Assembly (NCBI GenBank): GCA_041576165.1
Contig: JBFGLM010000043.1
Location: forward strand, 1 to 38,572
DNA: 38,572 bases
Source of the DNA: Acidimicrobiia bacterium
GTDB taxonomy: Bacteria > Actinomycetota > Acidimicrobiia > Spongiisociales > Spongiisociaceae
Reading direction: 5' to 3'
Shown: positions 1 to 9,166 of the stretch, piece by piece
How the letters are laid out: every line of letters starts with the position of its first letter
Numbering within the stretch: the stretch's first letter is position 1
Position numbers and translations under genes: made by a program
Notes under the pieces: generated by a model
What the model was told of the DNA's origin: nothing
Database searches by the model: none
The model's input: the letters and a program-made list of their open reading frames with translations, nothing else

Positions 1-74
1 ACACGATCGTCGTCTGCCCGGGTATCTTGCCTCCAATCCTAAGGAGCCCACAGGGGCACGACCCGAGGAGCGCA

Positions 75-1439
75 ATGGCCACCGTGTCCCAGCCTCACCT
101 CAGCCTCGACGACCTCCGGCGTTCGGTCGAGGCAGACGAGATCGATACGGTGGTGGTCGGATTCCCCGACCATTACGGGCGGCTCATGGGGAAGCGGTTT
201 GATGCAGGCTTCTTCGTCCGCGACGTCGCCGCCGCCGGTACCCACGGTTGCGACTACCTGCTCACCACTGATATCGAGATGGAACCCGTCCCCGGCTACG
301 AATTCGCCAACTGGAAGTTGGGCTACGGCGACTTCCATCTCGTCCCCGACCTCGCCACGCTGCGTCGTGCGACCTGGCTCGATGCGACGGCGCTCGTGCT
401 GTGCGATCTGCACACCACCGAGCACGGCGACGTGGCGCCCGCCCCCCGCACCCTGCTCCGGGGTGCAGTGGATCGCCTCGCGGCGCTGGGACTCACTGCG
501 ATGGCGGCGTCGGAGCTCGAGTACTACCTGTTCACCGACACCTATCGGGAAGCGGCGGAACGCGGATACGACGACCTCACCCCGCTGGGCTGGTACCTAG
601 AGGACTACAACATTCTGCAGGGCACCCGGGAGGAGTTCTACAACCGTGCCGTACGGCGCCACCTCGCCAAATCGGGCATCCCGGTGGAGAACTCGAAGGG
701 CGAATGGGGACGGGGCCAGCATGAGATGAACATCCGCTACACATCCGTCGACCAGATGGCCGATCGCCATGCGGTGATGAAACAGGCAATGAAAGAGATG
801 GCCGACGACGCCGGGATCAGTGTCACCTTCATGGCGAAGCCCTTCGACGGGCAAGCCGGTTCGAGCTGCCACATGCACGTGAGCTTGTGGCGGGAGGGAC
901 ACAATGCTTTCGTGGATGGCCCCGACACCTCAGGTGAATTCGGCGGCTTTGTGGCCGGGCTGCTGCGCAGGCTGCCGGATATCACAGTGTTACTGGCCCC
1001 AACGATCAACTCGTACAAACGCTTCGAGCACGGTTCGTGGGCGCCGACCCGGCTGGCGTGGAGCCGCGACAACCGGACCGCGGCGTTGCGAGTTGTAGGG
1101 GAGCGCGACAGTCTTCGCGTCGAGTGTCGGGTGCCCGGCGCTGACTGCAACCCGTATCTGGCGTATGCGGCACTGTTGGCGGCGGGTGCGGAGGGGATCG
1201 AGGACGAGCTGGCAATGCCCGACGCCTTCGTCGGCGACGTGTACGAAGCGCACGATGTTGCGACCCTGCCGACCACGCTGCGGGACGCCACCGAGCTGTT
1301 TCGCGAAAGCGAGTTCGCTGAGAAGTTCCTGGGTGGCGACGTGCACCGGCACTACACGCACTTCTTCACCACGGAGGCCGATGCTTTCGACGCAGCGGTG
1401 ACCGACTGGGAACGGCGCCGCTACTTCGAGCGGATCTAG
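75..1439 (+). CDS. Glutamine synthetase-like protein (probable gamma-glutamyl-amine/polyamine ligase type)
   Basis: GS motifs ASELEYYLF, EWGRGQHE, FMAKP, GSSCHMHVSLW, NSYKR, NRTAALR, RVECRVPGADCNPY and C-terminal WERRRYFE. ATG at 75 follows the RBS GAGGAG (65-70). Confidence 0.85.
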   Translation: MATVSQPHLSLDDLRRSVEADEIDTVVVGFPDHYGRLMGKRFDAGFFVRDVAAAGTHGCDYLLTTDIEMEPVPGYEFANWKLGYGDFHLVPDLATLRRATWLDATALVLCDLHTTEHGDVAPAPRTLLRGAVDRLAALGLTAMAASELEYYLFTDTYREAAERGYDDLTPLGWYLEDYNILQGTREEFYNRAVRRHLAKSGIPVENSKGEWGRGQHEMNIRYTSVDQMADRHAVMKQAMKEMADDAGISVTFMAKPFDGQAGSSCHMHVSLWREGHNAFVDGPDTSGEFGGFVAGLLRRLPDITVLLAPTINSYKRFEHGSWAPTRLAWSRDNRTAALRVVGERDSLRVECRVPGADCNPYLAYAALLAAGAEGIEDELAMPDAFVGDVYEAHDVATLPTTLRDATELFRESEFAEKFLGGDVHRHYTHFFTTEADAFDAAVTDWERRRYFERI

Positions 1440-1657
1440 CGGCGGCGCAGCAGACCAGGAAGGTCGCCGTGGGCACCCAGGTCGGGAGTGTGAAGCAGTC
1501 GGCTCGGCGATCCACCGAGGGGAGTGTCGCTGGGTGCCGTTGAGATCGATGAGGCCGCTCCGCTGGTGCAAGGCAAAGGTCCGCGTCTTGCCAACCAGCA
1601 GCATCCAGGAAGGGCCGCTGGCAACGACCCTCCATCGGCGGCGACCGCGGCGTGTAA

Positions 1658-1801
1658 CGCCGACCAGACCCGAGACGGCAACGGTTCGGGATTCGGGGGA
1701 TGGCCCAGCGGGCCGAGCTGCTGGGGGGCGATTCTACGGCCGGACCGGGCAACGAGCGGCGATGGGTGGTTGCGGCCACTCTGCCGCGCGACGCCAAATG
1801 A
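1658..1801 (+). pseudogene. C-terminal remnant of a NarL-type sensor histidine kinase
   Basis: Frame reads ...FGIRGMAQRAELLGGDSTAGPGNERRWVVAATLPRDAK*, matching the HATPase_c G2-box region (G-x-G-L-x-G-M-x-E-R-A-x-x-L-G-G...W-x-V-x-A-x-L-P). Its TGA overlaps the ATG of the response regulator (ATGA 1798-1801). An in-frame TAA lies at 1655 and no intact N-terminus is present. Confidence 0.65.
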
Positions 1802-2462
1802 GTATCCGGGTGCTCGTTGCCGATGACCAGGATCTGGTCCGCACCGGGCTTCGGATGATCCTCGACGCCCAGCCAGGCATCGAGGTGGTGGCCACCGCCG
1901 CCGATGGCCGCGAGGCCGTCGCCTTGGCGCGACGCCTCCGACCCGACCTGTGTCTGCTCGACATCCGCATGCCGGAGCTCGATGGAATCGAAGCGACGCG
2001 CCCGCTCGCCGCCCCGACGTCGACGATCCGATCGCGGTGGTCATCATCACGACGTTCGATCTCGATGAGTATGTCTACGGGGCACTCCAGGCAGGAGCGC
2101 GGGGCTTCCTACCCAAGGACGCCGGCCCCGAGCTCTTGGTCGAGGCACTCCGATCGGCGGTTCACGGTGATGCGCTCATCTCCCCGAGCATCACCGCCCG
2201 GCTTCTCGCAACGTTCACCGACCGGCGCCCCACTGCACCGCCAGAGCCGGTCGAGCCGCTCACGGACCGCGAGGAAGATATTCTGGTCAAGGTGGCGGTT
2301 GGGCTCACCAACGCGAAAATCGCCGAAGAGCTGTTCATCAGCCTCAGCACCGTGAAGAGTCACCTCGCCAGCCTGATGACCAAGCTCGCCGCCCGGAACC
2401 GGGTCGAGATCGCCATGTGGGCTCACCAAACCGGCAGGCTGGGCCCACGAACAGACTCCTGA
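1798..2462 (+). pseudogene. NarL/LuxR-family response regulator, frameshifted
   Basis: The receiver domain (MSIRVLVADDQDLVR...LLDIRMP) is in one frame. PDVDDPIAVVIITTFDLDEY and the LuxR HTH (LTDREEDIL...STVKSHL) are in another. One extra base near 2011-2012 would restore LAGPDVDDP. Real pseudogene or sequencing indel. Confidence 0.8.
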
Positions 2463-2539
2463 AGGGAGATGAGGGGAGCCTCGCAAACCTCTCCCGACTG
2501 CTGGCGACCACGGGTGAGGTGGCCGGGTATGGACCGACG

Positions 2540-3070
2540 TCACCGACCCACTTGTGCGGTCTTTTGGGAGAACCAGGGGTGGGATCCGAACTGGTTTCGA
2601 GGCACTGGCTCTGCCCGCGTCACGAACCATTCGACGCCGCGTATCACCGCTGACAAGTACCGGCGCAGCATCGGTCTTATGTAGACGACGTGCGGGATCC
2701 ACCGCAGGCCCACGGGGATCTTCTGGAGCACCTGCGGGTATGCGGTGATGGTGAGTTTGGATGTCGCGTGATCCACCTCTTCGAGTCTCCACGAGACGAG
2801 AGATTTGTTCTCCCCCTGAGCACCGACCTTTAGGTCGTAGCCGACGCCGTCGATCCATCGAATGAACCGCCGTTCGTAGACCCAACCGCTGAGGTAATGA
2901 ATCTCGTCCCGGGATGCGGCCTGCGACCATACGGTGACCGGGTTCTGCGCACAGAACGGATGGCAAAGCTCGAGGTTGCCCGGCATCGACATCGCAGCCC
3001 ACACATCCTCGGCGGGCGCCTCAATCGAGTGTGTAACCGCAACCGGCCATCTGAATCTGTGAGCGTTCAT
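2540..3070 (-). CDS. SRPBCC (polyketide cyclase/dehydrase-like) family protein
   Basis: 176 aa with N-terminal VTHSIEAPAEDVWA, typical of START/SRPBCC proteins. Confidence 0.65.
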   Translation of the reverse strand: MNAHRFRWPVAVTHSIEAPAEDVWAAMSMPGNLELCHPFCAQNPVTVWSQAASRDEIHYLSGWVYERRFIRWIDGVGYDLKVGAQGENKSLVSWRLEEVDHATSKLTITAYPQVLQKIPVGLRWIPHVVYIRPMLRRYLSAVIRGVEWFVTRAEPVPRNQFGSHPWFSQKTAQVGR

Positions 3071-3136
3071 CGATCAGCCTTCCGCGCATCGTATCGATGG
3101 GCCGGCTCAGCAGACCCACGGCGGGCGGATGCCCGG

Positions 3137-4156
3137 TCAGGGGAAGTCCACCACCGCCCGGCCGATCACCGCGCCGCCCGCCAGCTGATCGAGGCCTTCG
3201 TTCACCTGGTCCAGCGTCAGCTGTGCGCCGATGACCGGCTGGATGCGGCCCTGGCCAACCAGTGCCATTGCCTCCAGCAGCTCCTCGCGGGTGGAGGATC
3301 GGGATCCCATGATCGACACCTCGTCGTAGACGAGGCGCATCATCCCTGCGTTCAGCCGCGGCACGAAGTATCCGACAACTACGACCCTGCCACCCTTGCG
3401 ACACGATAGGACGCCCTGGTCAGCCGAGCCCTCGATGCCAACCAGGTCGATGAAGGCGTGGACGCCCAAACCATCCGTGACTGTGCGGATCTGCGCCGAG
3501 ACTTCGCCGTCGTTCGGGTCGATCAACCAGGTCGCCCCAAGCTCCCTGGCGAGTTCTCGGCGCTGCTTTGTGCGGGCGATGGCAATAACCCGCGCCCCGG
3601 CCACAGCGGCGATCTGCACGGCGCTGAGACCGAGCCCGCCCAGGCCGTAGATCGCAATGGTCTGCCCGGCCCGAACCCCAGCCCGGTTCATAACTGCGTG
3701 GTAGGGCGACGCGATGGCGTCGGGGACGGTGGCTGCCTGGGCGAAGGTGACCGTCGGTGGAATCTCGATCAGGTTGGCGGCCGGAACCCGGACGTAGTCC
3801 GCCAGTGCTCCGTCCTCTTCGAGACCGAGCCGAAGCAGGCGGGCACAGTAATCTAGCTTGCCCCGCCGGCAGTAGTGACACGTCCCGCAAGAAATGTCGA
3901 GGCCGACGCTTACCCGCGTTCCCTCCTCGACGCCGCGTACACCGGGGCCCAGCGCCGCGACTTCACCGGCCAGTTCGTGGCCCATGATCAGGGGAGTGGG
4001 GACGGTAGGAATACCGCCGCCGGCGATCTTGAGATCGGTGCGGCAGATGCCGGCCGCCCGGGTGCGGACGATGACCTCGCCGGGACCCGGTCTGGGGTCA
4101 TCGACCTCCCGGATGTCGAGTGGCTCGTTGAACCGATCGAGCACCGCTGCCTTCAT
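3137..4156 (-). CDS. Zn-dependent alcohol dehydrogenase (MDR family)
   Basis: MKAAVL start, GICRTD, GHELAG, structural Zn motif CGTCHYC...C and Rossmann motif GLGGLG. Start placed at ATG 4156 after GAGGGGG. Confidence 0.9.
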   Translation of the reverse strand: MKAAVLDRFNEPLDIREVDDPRPGPGEVIVRTRAAGICRTDLKIAGGGIPTVPTPLIMGHELAGEVAALGPGVRGVEEGTRVSVGLDISCGTCHYCRRGKLDYCARLLRLGLEEDGALADYVRVPAANLIEIPPTVTFAQAATVPDAIASPYHAVMNRAGVRAGQTIAIYGLGGLGLSAVQIAAVAGARVIAIARTKQRRELARELGATWLIDPNDGEVSAQIRTVTDGLGVHAFIDLVGIEGSADQGVLSCRKGGRVVVVGYFVPRLNAGMMRLVYDEVSIMGSRSSTREELLEAMALVGQGRIQPVIGAQLTLDQVNEGLDQLAGGAVIGRAVVDFP

Positions 4157-4256
4157 TCTGCCCCCCTCGGTGAGTGTCTCCGCGAGTCGGCCTGCGTCGA
4201 GCGCCGGCACGCCGTCCGTCCTTGGTGGATCATCGAGCTGTTCGGGCCTGTCCGGC

Positions 4257-5192
4257 TCACTGGTAGGCGTCGATCAGCCACTCGCGGAGCCAGTCGGCGG
4301 CCTGTGTCGCCGCGATCTCCAGATGCGACATGTCGCTGTACATGCTCATATGAGTGCTCTCTTGCTGGACGAAAAGCCTCTTCTTCTGGGTAGCGATCTC
4401 GCTGAACAGCGGAACCTCACGTTCCCACATGGTGAGGTCATCGCCCTCGGCCACGATCATCAAAGTAGGTGTGTCCAGGATCATTGGCAGGTAGGGACGC
4501 ACGTTGTACGCCCATACGAACTCGACCGACTGGATCGTGCTGTGGTGCTCGTGGCGGGGGGCGGTGGTCTCCTTGATCTTCATGAAGATCGGCTTGGTCT
4601 CGGGATGCGGCCACGTCGCTACTTCGGTCTTGGGATCCCCCGAGTGGGGGAGGTGGCCGTGGACCCCGGAAAGATAGCGGTTCTTGCGGTCCTCGTTGAC
4701 CAGGGCCGTCAACTCACGGAAGCCCACTGAGCCGTGCGCCCTCATCGAGTTGTACCACCCCTCTAGCACCGGGATCTGGGAGATGATGCACTTCACCCGA
4801 GGGTCGAGGGCGCCGACCGCCAGCACGTGCCCGCCGCTGTAGGAGATGCCCCAGACCGCAATACGCTCCGGGTCGAGGTCGGCATGGAACTCGTCGAGGT
4901 AGCTGACCGCGTCGACTGCGCTGCGGTAGTCGGCGATCTGTTTCCAGGGATCGATGTGCTGGCGGGGTTCGCCGTCGCTCGCTCCGAAATGGCGATAGTC
5001 GAAGATCAGAGCGGCGACCCCCACACTGAGGAAGTGCTGGGCGTACTCGGGCATGATCAGTTCTTTCACGTAGCACCAGCCCCCACCCATGATCACGACC
5101 GGCCAGGGTCCCTCGCCCTGATCCGGCGTGTAGAGGTCGGCACGGATCATCTCGTCCGGGTTGTCGCTGCGGAACTCGACCTCTCTGTGCAT
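4257..5192 (-). CDS. Alpha/beta-fold hydrolase (S15/YcjY-like)
   Basis: FDYRHFGASDGEPRQ, nucleophile elbow WGISYSGGH, PTLMIVAEGDD and C-terminal His (STHMSMY). RBS AGGAGG upstream; start is 5192 or GTG 5195. Confidence 0.85.
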   Translation of the reverse strand: MHREVEFRSDNPDEMIRADLYTPDQGEGPWPVVIMGGGWCYVKELIMPEYAQHFLSVGVAALIFDYRHFGASDGEPRQHIDPWKQIADYRSAVDAVSYLDEFHADLDPERIAVWGISYSGGHVLAVGALDPRVKCIISQIPVLEGWYNSMRAHGSVGFRELTALVNEDRKNRYLSGVHGHLPHSGDPKTEVATWPHPETKPIFMKIKETTAPRHEHHSTIQSVEFVWAYNVRPYLPMILDTPTLMIVAEGDDLTMWEREVPLFSEIATQKKRLFVQQESTHMSMYSDMSHLEIAATQAADWLREWLIDAYQ

Positions 5193-5350
5193 CACGTACC
5201 TCCTGGATGCGCCTCGCCGGCATCGGCTCGGGTCCACGCTACGCGCCTTTGCTGGGCGCGATCGGGCAGATAGAACGTTCATGGATCGGTCGATGGGCGC
5301 GCCCTCACCACCCGTCGGTCGATCTCGGAGCAGTCCCGCGTGGCTGAGCC

Positions 5351-6232
5351 CTAGAGCTCCAGCTCGGATCCGAACAGGGCAGCAGCTCGGTAGGCGGCGA
5401 GTTGATCGTCGTCATGCCCGACGACGATCGCGAGGTTCGGTTCGGAGCCGTGGATCCTGTTGAGCCACTGCAGCTGGTCCATGATCGCCTCGCGGTCTTC
5501 ATCGATCCAGGGAGCGTTCTTTTGTTTGCACGTGAGGATCCCGTCCATGTGCCAGGCGCAGTCGCCGACGAAGAGGTACTCCGTGCCCCCCTCAGTCTGG
5601 GCGTAGACCATCTGTGAGCCGGGCGTGTGACCTGGCGACTTGATCACGACGATGCCGGCTGCCAGGGGCTGGTAGTCCTCATAGTCAAATATCCGGTAAC
5701 GGGCTGCGGTATCGGCGGCGATTTCGAGCTGCGGTCGCTGCGGCTGCACAACAAGCGCCCACGCCTGTACCGCAGTGAGAAGCGTCTTGGGGGCAATCTC
5801 GTCGAAGAAGTCGGTGCGGACGACGCCGGCGATGTGGTCACCATGTTCATGGGTGACCACGTTGAACATGGAGCTTCGGAGCGCCTCCTGAACCCGCGCG
5901 TTCTCGTCCTCGAAGTACGGCTCTTCTTCTCCTCTCCCGTACGATGCGTGGATCTCATGATCCATGCCTGCCTCGAGCATCACATGGCCGTCCTCGTACA
6001 CAATCTGGTACACGGCTCTGGCGAAGATAGTGGTGGTGTCGGGCCCGCCTTCAAGTGCGACACTCATGGGCCGGTGACTCTCGGCAATCTTGACGGCGTT
6101 GACACGGCGCGGGCGGGGTCCCGGAACCATGTGCGCTGCGGCCCGGATGGCGGCCAGGTCGGGCTTCCAAGGCCGTGCAATCGGCCGAGCCATAGCGGCC
6201 TCGGCCACGGCTAGGAAGGTGACGTCATCCAT
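5351..6232 (-). CDS. Metallo-beta-lactamase-fold hydrolase
   Basis: THEHGDH (HxHxDH), PGHTPGS, FVGD and VGHD. ATG 6232 overlaps the end of the upstream gene. Confidence 0.85.
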   Translation of the reverse strand: MDDVTFLAVAEAAMARPIARPWKPDLAAIRAAAHMVPGPRPRRVNAVKIAESHRPMSVALEGGPDTTTIFARAVYQIVYEDGHVMLEAGMDHEIHASYGRGEEEPYFEDENARVQEALRSSMFNVVTHEHGDHIAGVVRTDFFDEIAPKTLLTAVQAWALVVQPQRPQLEIAADTAARYRIFDYEDYQPLAAGIVVIKSPGHTPGSQMVYAQTEGGTEYLFVGDCAWHMDGILTCKQKNAPWIDEDREAIMDQLQWLNRIHGSEPNLAIVVGHDDDQLAAYRAAALFGSELEL

Positions 6233-6677
6233 CGGCTCTCTCCTGTCTGTCGGTGACCGTGGCGAGCGCGGCCTGTGCGATGACTTGATCTTGCTGCCAA
6301 TCACCGCCGCTGACGCCGATCCCTCCCACGCATTCGCCTTCGACCAGAATCGGGAACCCGCCTTCCATAGCGGTCCAGCGGTCCGGGCCCGCCGCCAACG
6401 ACAGACCGATGGCGTGCACCGCATCGAGGTCCTGACCTTGCGCTCCTCTGGTGGTCGTCGGGCGCCTATTCGACGCCGCCGTGACAGCCTTCGTCGTCGA
6501 GGAGTAGACCGTGTGGAACCGTCCCATGTCCATCCGCTCCAGAACGATCAGATGACCGCCTGCGTCGACGATGGCAACGGTGATGGTGATGCCCAGGTCT
6601 TCGGCTTTGGACACTGCTGCCGCGAGCATCTCTTTCGCACCCTCGGTCGTCAGGCGGTGGGATGGGGCAAATGGCAT
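6225..6677 (-). CDS. GlcG/HbpS family heme-binding protein
   Basis: VAIVDAGGHLIVLERMD, KAVTA and GGFPILVEGECVGGIGVSGG...QD signature. Confidence 0.9.
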   Translation of the reverse strand: MPFAPSHRLTTEGAKEMLAAAVSKAEDLGITITVAIVDAGGHLIVLERMDMGRFHTVYSSTTKAVTAASNRRPTTTRGAQGQDLDAVHAIGLSLAAGPDRWTAMEGGFPILVEGECVGGIGVSGGDWQQDQVIAQAALATVTDRQERADG

Positions 6678-6690
6678 CGGCAACCTCTTG

Positions 6691-7626
6691 TCACAGATCC
6701 ACAACAAAGTCCGTCGAATGGCGGAGCTCCGGTGCGAACTCGGTGCGCGCATCATCATGCATTGGCTTCACTGCCGATCGAAAGGCTTGTTGCTCTTCGG
6801 GGGTCAGGCTAACGATCTCACCACCCGCAGCTCGGATCACTTCCTCGGCATCGAGGGCTTCCCGCTCGGACAACTGTCGCTGGTGGGCGACAGCCTCCCG
6901 GGTCGCTTGGTCCACGGCGTCCTGCAGCGCTGCGGGCCATGCGTCCACGCTCGGCCGATGAGCGAAGATTGGGCGTGAGACATAGAAATGGCCTGTCAGC
7001 GTGTGGTGTTTGTGGACCGTGTGAGCGCCGTAGGTGACCGTGTTCGCCAGCGGGTTCTCCTGCGCATCCAGGCTGCCGTCGGCGATGCCCGCAATCGCTT
7101 CAGAGAGGTCCATCTTCATGGGCGTTGCGCCAAGTAATTCGAATGTCCGAGCATGGACGTCGCTCGGCATGACTCGAATGGTCATGCCGGCCAGGTCGGC
7201 CGGACTTCGGACTGGGCGCAGCCGGTTCGAAAGGTGGCGAAACCCGTTTTCGAAGAATCCCAATACGCGGAAGTCGGTGCGGTCCTCGATCTTCATGGCC
7301 AGTAGCTCGCCGAGCGGGCCGTCGATGGCCGCGCGTGCGTGGGTCTTGTCCTCGAACAGGAACGGCAGATCGATGAATCCGAGCTCCGGCACCCGGTACG
7401 TCAGGTAGCTGCTCGATTGGTAGCCAAGCGTGAGAATGCCACTTTCGACCAAGAAGAGTATGTCTTCACCTCGATAGCCCAGATCCAAGACGTTCCAGAC
7501 GTACTTCACGTCTACGCCGTCACCAAACTCGGATTCGATTCGGTCGCCGATGAACTTCAACGACTTGCTGAAAGCGGTAGTCGGTGGGCCGTATCCACCC
7601 ATTCGGATTTGTATGGGCGCGGTCAC
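6691..7626 (-). CDS. dctP: TRAP transporter substrate-binding protein (DctP family), no signal peptide
   Basis: DLPFLF, ENGFRHL, DLAGMTIRV and LDAQENP motifs. GTG start follows GAGAGGTGA, and there is an in-frame TGA three codons upstream. Confidence 0.85.
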   Translation of the reverse strand: MTAPIQIRMGGYGPPTTAFSKSLKFIGDRIESEFGDGVDVKYVWNVLDLGYRGEDILFLVESGILTLGYQSSSYLTYRVPELGFIDLPFLFEDKTHARAAIDGPLGELLAMKIEDRTDFRVLGFFENGFRHLSNRLRPVRSPADLAGMTIRVMPSDVHARTFELLGATPMKMDLSEAIAGIADGSLDAQENPLANTVTYGAHTVHKHHTLTGHFYVSRPIFAHRPSVDAWPAALQDAVDQATREAVAHQRQLSEREALDAEEVIRAAGGEIVSLTPEEQQAFRSAVKPMHDDARTEFAPELRHSTDFVVDL

Positions 7627-7713
7627 CGAACGTCACCTCTCGTGGGTTTGTCGTGCTGGGTCGGTTGACCGCCGGGCACCCACTGGAGCACCTCTGTGGT
7701 GCGCCGCCGCGGG

Positions 7714-8289
7714 TCACCGGTCACGCAGGCCCTTGCCGTCCATGATCTTCTCGACGTATTTGTCGATCCGTGCCTGGCGTGTCTTGGCTTGTTTGGCATC
7801 TGAGAAATACAGGTTGTACTCCCGCCGCCGGCCCGGGGTCAGCGACTCGAACGCCGCGTTGAGCGACGGGTCCCGATCGAGGCGGTTCTGGAGCTCCGCA
7901 ACGAATGCGGGCTCAGGTGCGGGACCCACGTCCAGGCCCGCCTCTTCAACATCGATGGCTGCGTCGACGTAGGCCTTGACGGTGTCGGCCAGCCGGGCCA
8001 CGTCCTCTACTGAGGTGAGGCGAATGCGGCGAGCGGATCGTGAGTTTGGTCCCTGGTCCTCGAGAACGCCCGCCGGATCGTCCAACAGCGCACCCTTGAA
8101 GAACATGAGGGCGAGGAACTCGTTCATCTCCTGGAGGATGACGATGTTCTTGCCGCCGTGGCTGTAGCAGGGCTTGCCCCATTTGATCTCCTCGATCAGA
8201 CCGCACCCGAGAAGGATGGGCCGGAGTTGGCTCATCTCCTCCGGCCATTTCTGCGACCGTTCGATGTATGCATCAACTTTGGGGTTCAC
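7714..8289 (-). CDS. YdeI/OmpD-associated family protein (DUF1801 + OmdA-like)
   Basis: NPKVDAYI, EEIKWGKPCY, LMFFKGALL, AFESLTPGRRREY and AKQAKTRQARI. Start is GTG 8289 or 8292, after TAGGAG. Confidence 0.85.
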   Translation of the reverse strand: MNPKVDAYIERSQKWPEEMSQLRPILLGCGLIEEIKWGKPCYSHGGKNIVILQEMNEFLALMFFKGALLDDPAGVLEDQGPNSRSARRIRLTSVEDVARLADTVKAYVDAAIDVEEAGLDVGPAPEPAFVAELQNRLDRDPSLNAAFESLTPGRRREYNLYFSDAKQAKTRQARIDKYVEKIMDGKGLRDR

Positions 8290-8605
8290 CACCGCTCCTA
8301 TCAACGTTCCCACCGCTTGCATACCCGTGCGGCGAGACCGTCAAGCGTAGGGTTGGTCACAGGAGTCGGCCACGAGGGTCGCCCGCTCGAGTGACTGCCT
8401 CGAGCTCGTCACATGCCCGCGCTCGCCGGGTACGGTCCGGATCGACGGGTGTACCAGCGATCGGCGATCGTCCTTGAGGGCCAGGTGGCCGGGTTCCACA
8501 TCGATAGCTCACTGTCACGGTGAAATGACCGGATCGGACCGGCCCGGCCCGAAGGCACACGCCTTCTGCCTGGCGATATACCCACCGAACCAGAGGAGGC
8601 TACCT

Positions 8606-9115
8606 ATGAGCACCCAGGCCAAGCATTTCGCACTCGGCCCGAATGAGGGCAGGGCCATGTTCGTGTTGGGCGACGTGGTCACGTTCAAGATCACTGCCGC
8701 CGAATCCGACAACGCGTACTTCCTGGTGGAAATCGTGAGCGTGCCGGGAGGCGGCCCAGCATTCCTGCACACCCACATTTCGCAGGAGACGTTCTGGATC
8801 CTGGAAGGCGACTACGAGGTCTACGGGCAGGACGCGGACGGCGAGAAATACGCCATTGCCGCCTCCGCTGGCTCGACGGTGCACGTGCCCGGCAACGTTC
8901 CGCACGGTTTCCGCAACGTGGGTGATACCACCGGCAAGGTGCTGGCCATGTACGCCCCAATAACGCCTCAGCCGGAGTTCTTCATGGAGATCGGTGTGCC
9001 TATGGAATCTTCACTAGATCCGATGCCGGTCGAGCACATGCCGAGCCCGGAACGCATCATGGAGGTGCTCGCCAAATATGACATGAAGCTGCTCGAAGAG
9101 CTGCCCGATTCGTAG
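8606..9115 (+). CDS. Cupin domain protein (quercetin dioxygenase-like)
   Basis: Cupin motif 1 LHTHISQETFWILEG and motif 2 GSTVHVPGNVPHGFRN. RBS GAGGAGG precedes ATG 8606. Confidence 0.85.
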   Translation: MSTQAKHFALGPNEGRAMFVLGDVVTFKITAAESDNAYFLVEIVSVPGGGPAFLHTHISQETFWILEGDYEVYGQDADGEKYAIAASAGSTVHVPGNVPHGFRNVGDTTGKVLAMYAPITPQPEFFMEIGVPMESSLDPMPVEHMPSPERIMEVLAKYDMKLLEELPDS

Positions 9116-9166
9116 CCGAACCTCTGCCCTCCAGCGGACCCGATGCCGCTGGTGGCGAGTGGCAGA

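Noticed and set aside
5284-5324. 14-bp stem between the MBL and hydrolase genes as a terminator
   Set aside because: It relies on three G-U pairs that form only on the non-coding strand, and there is no U-tract.
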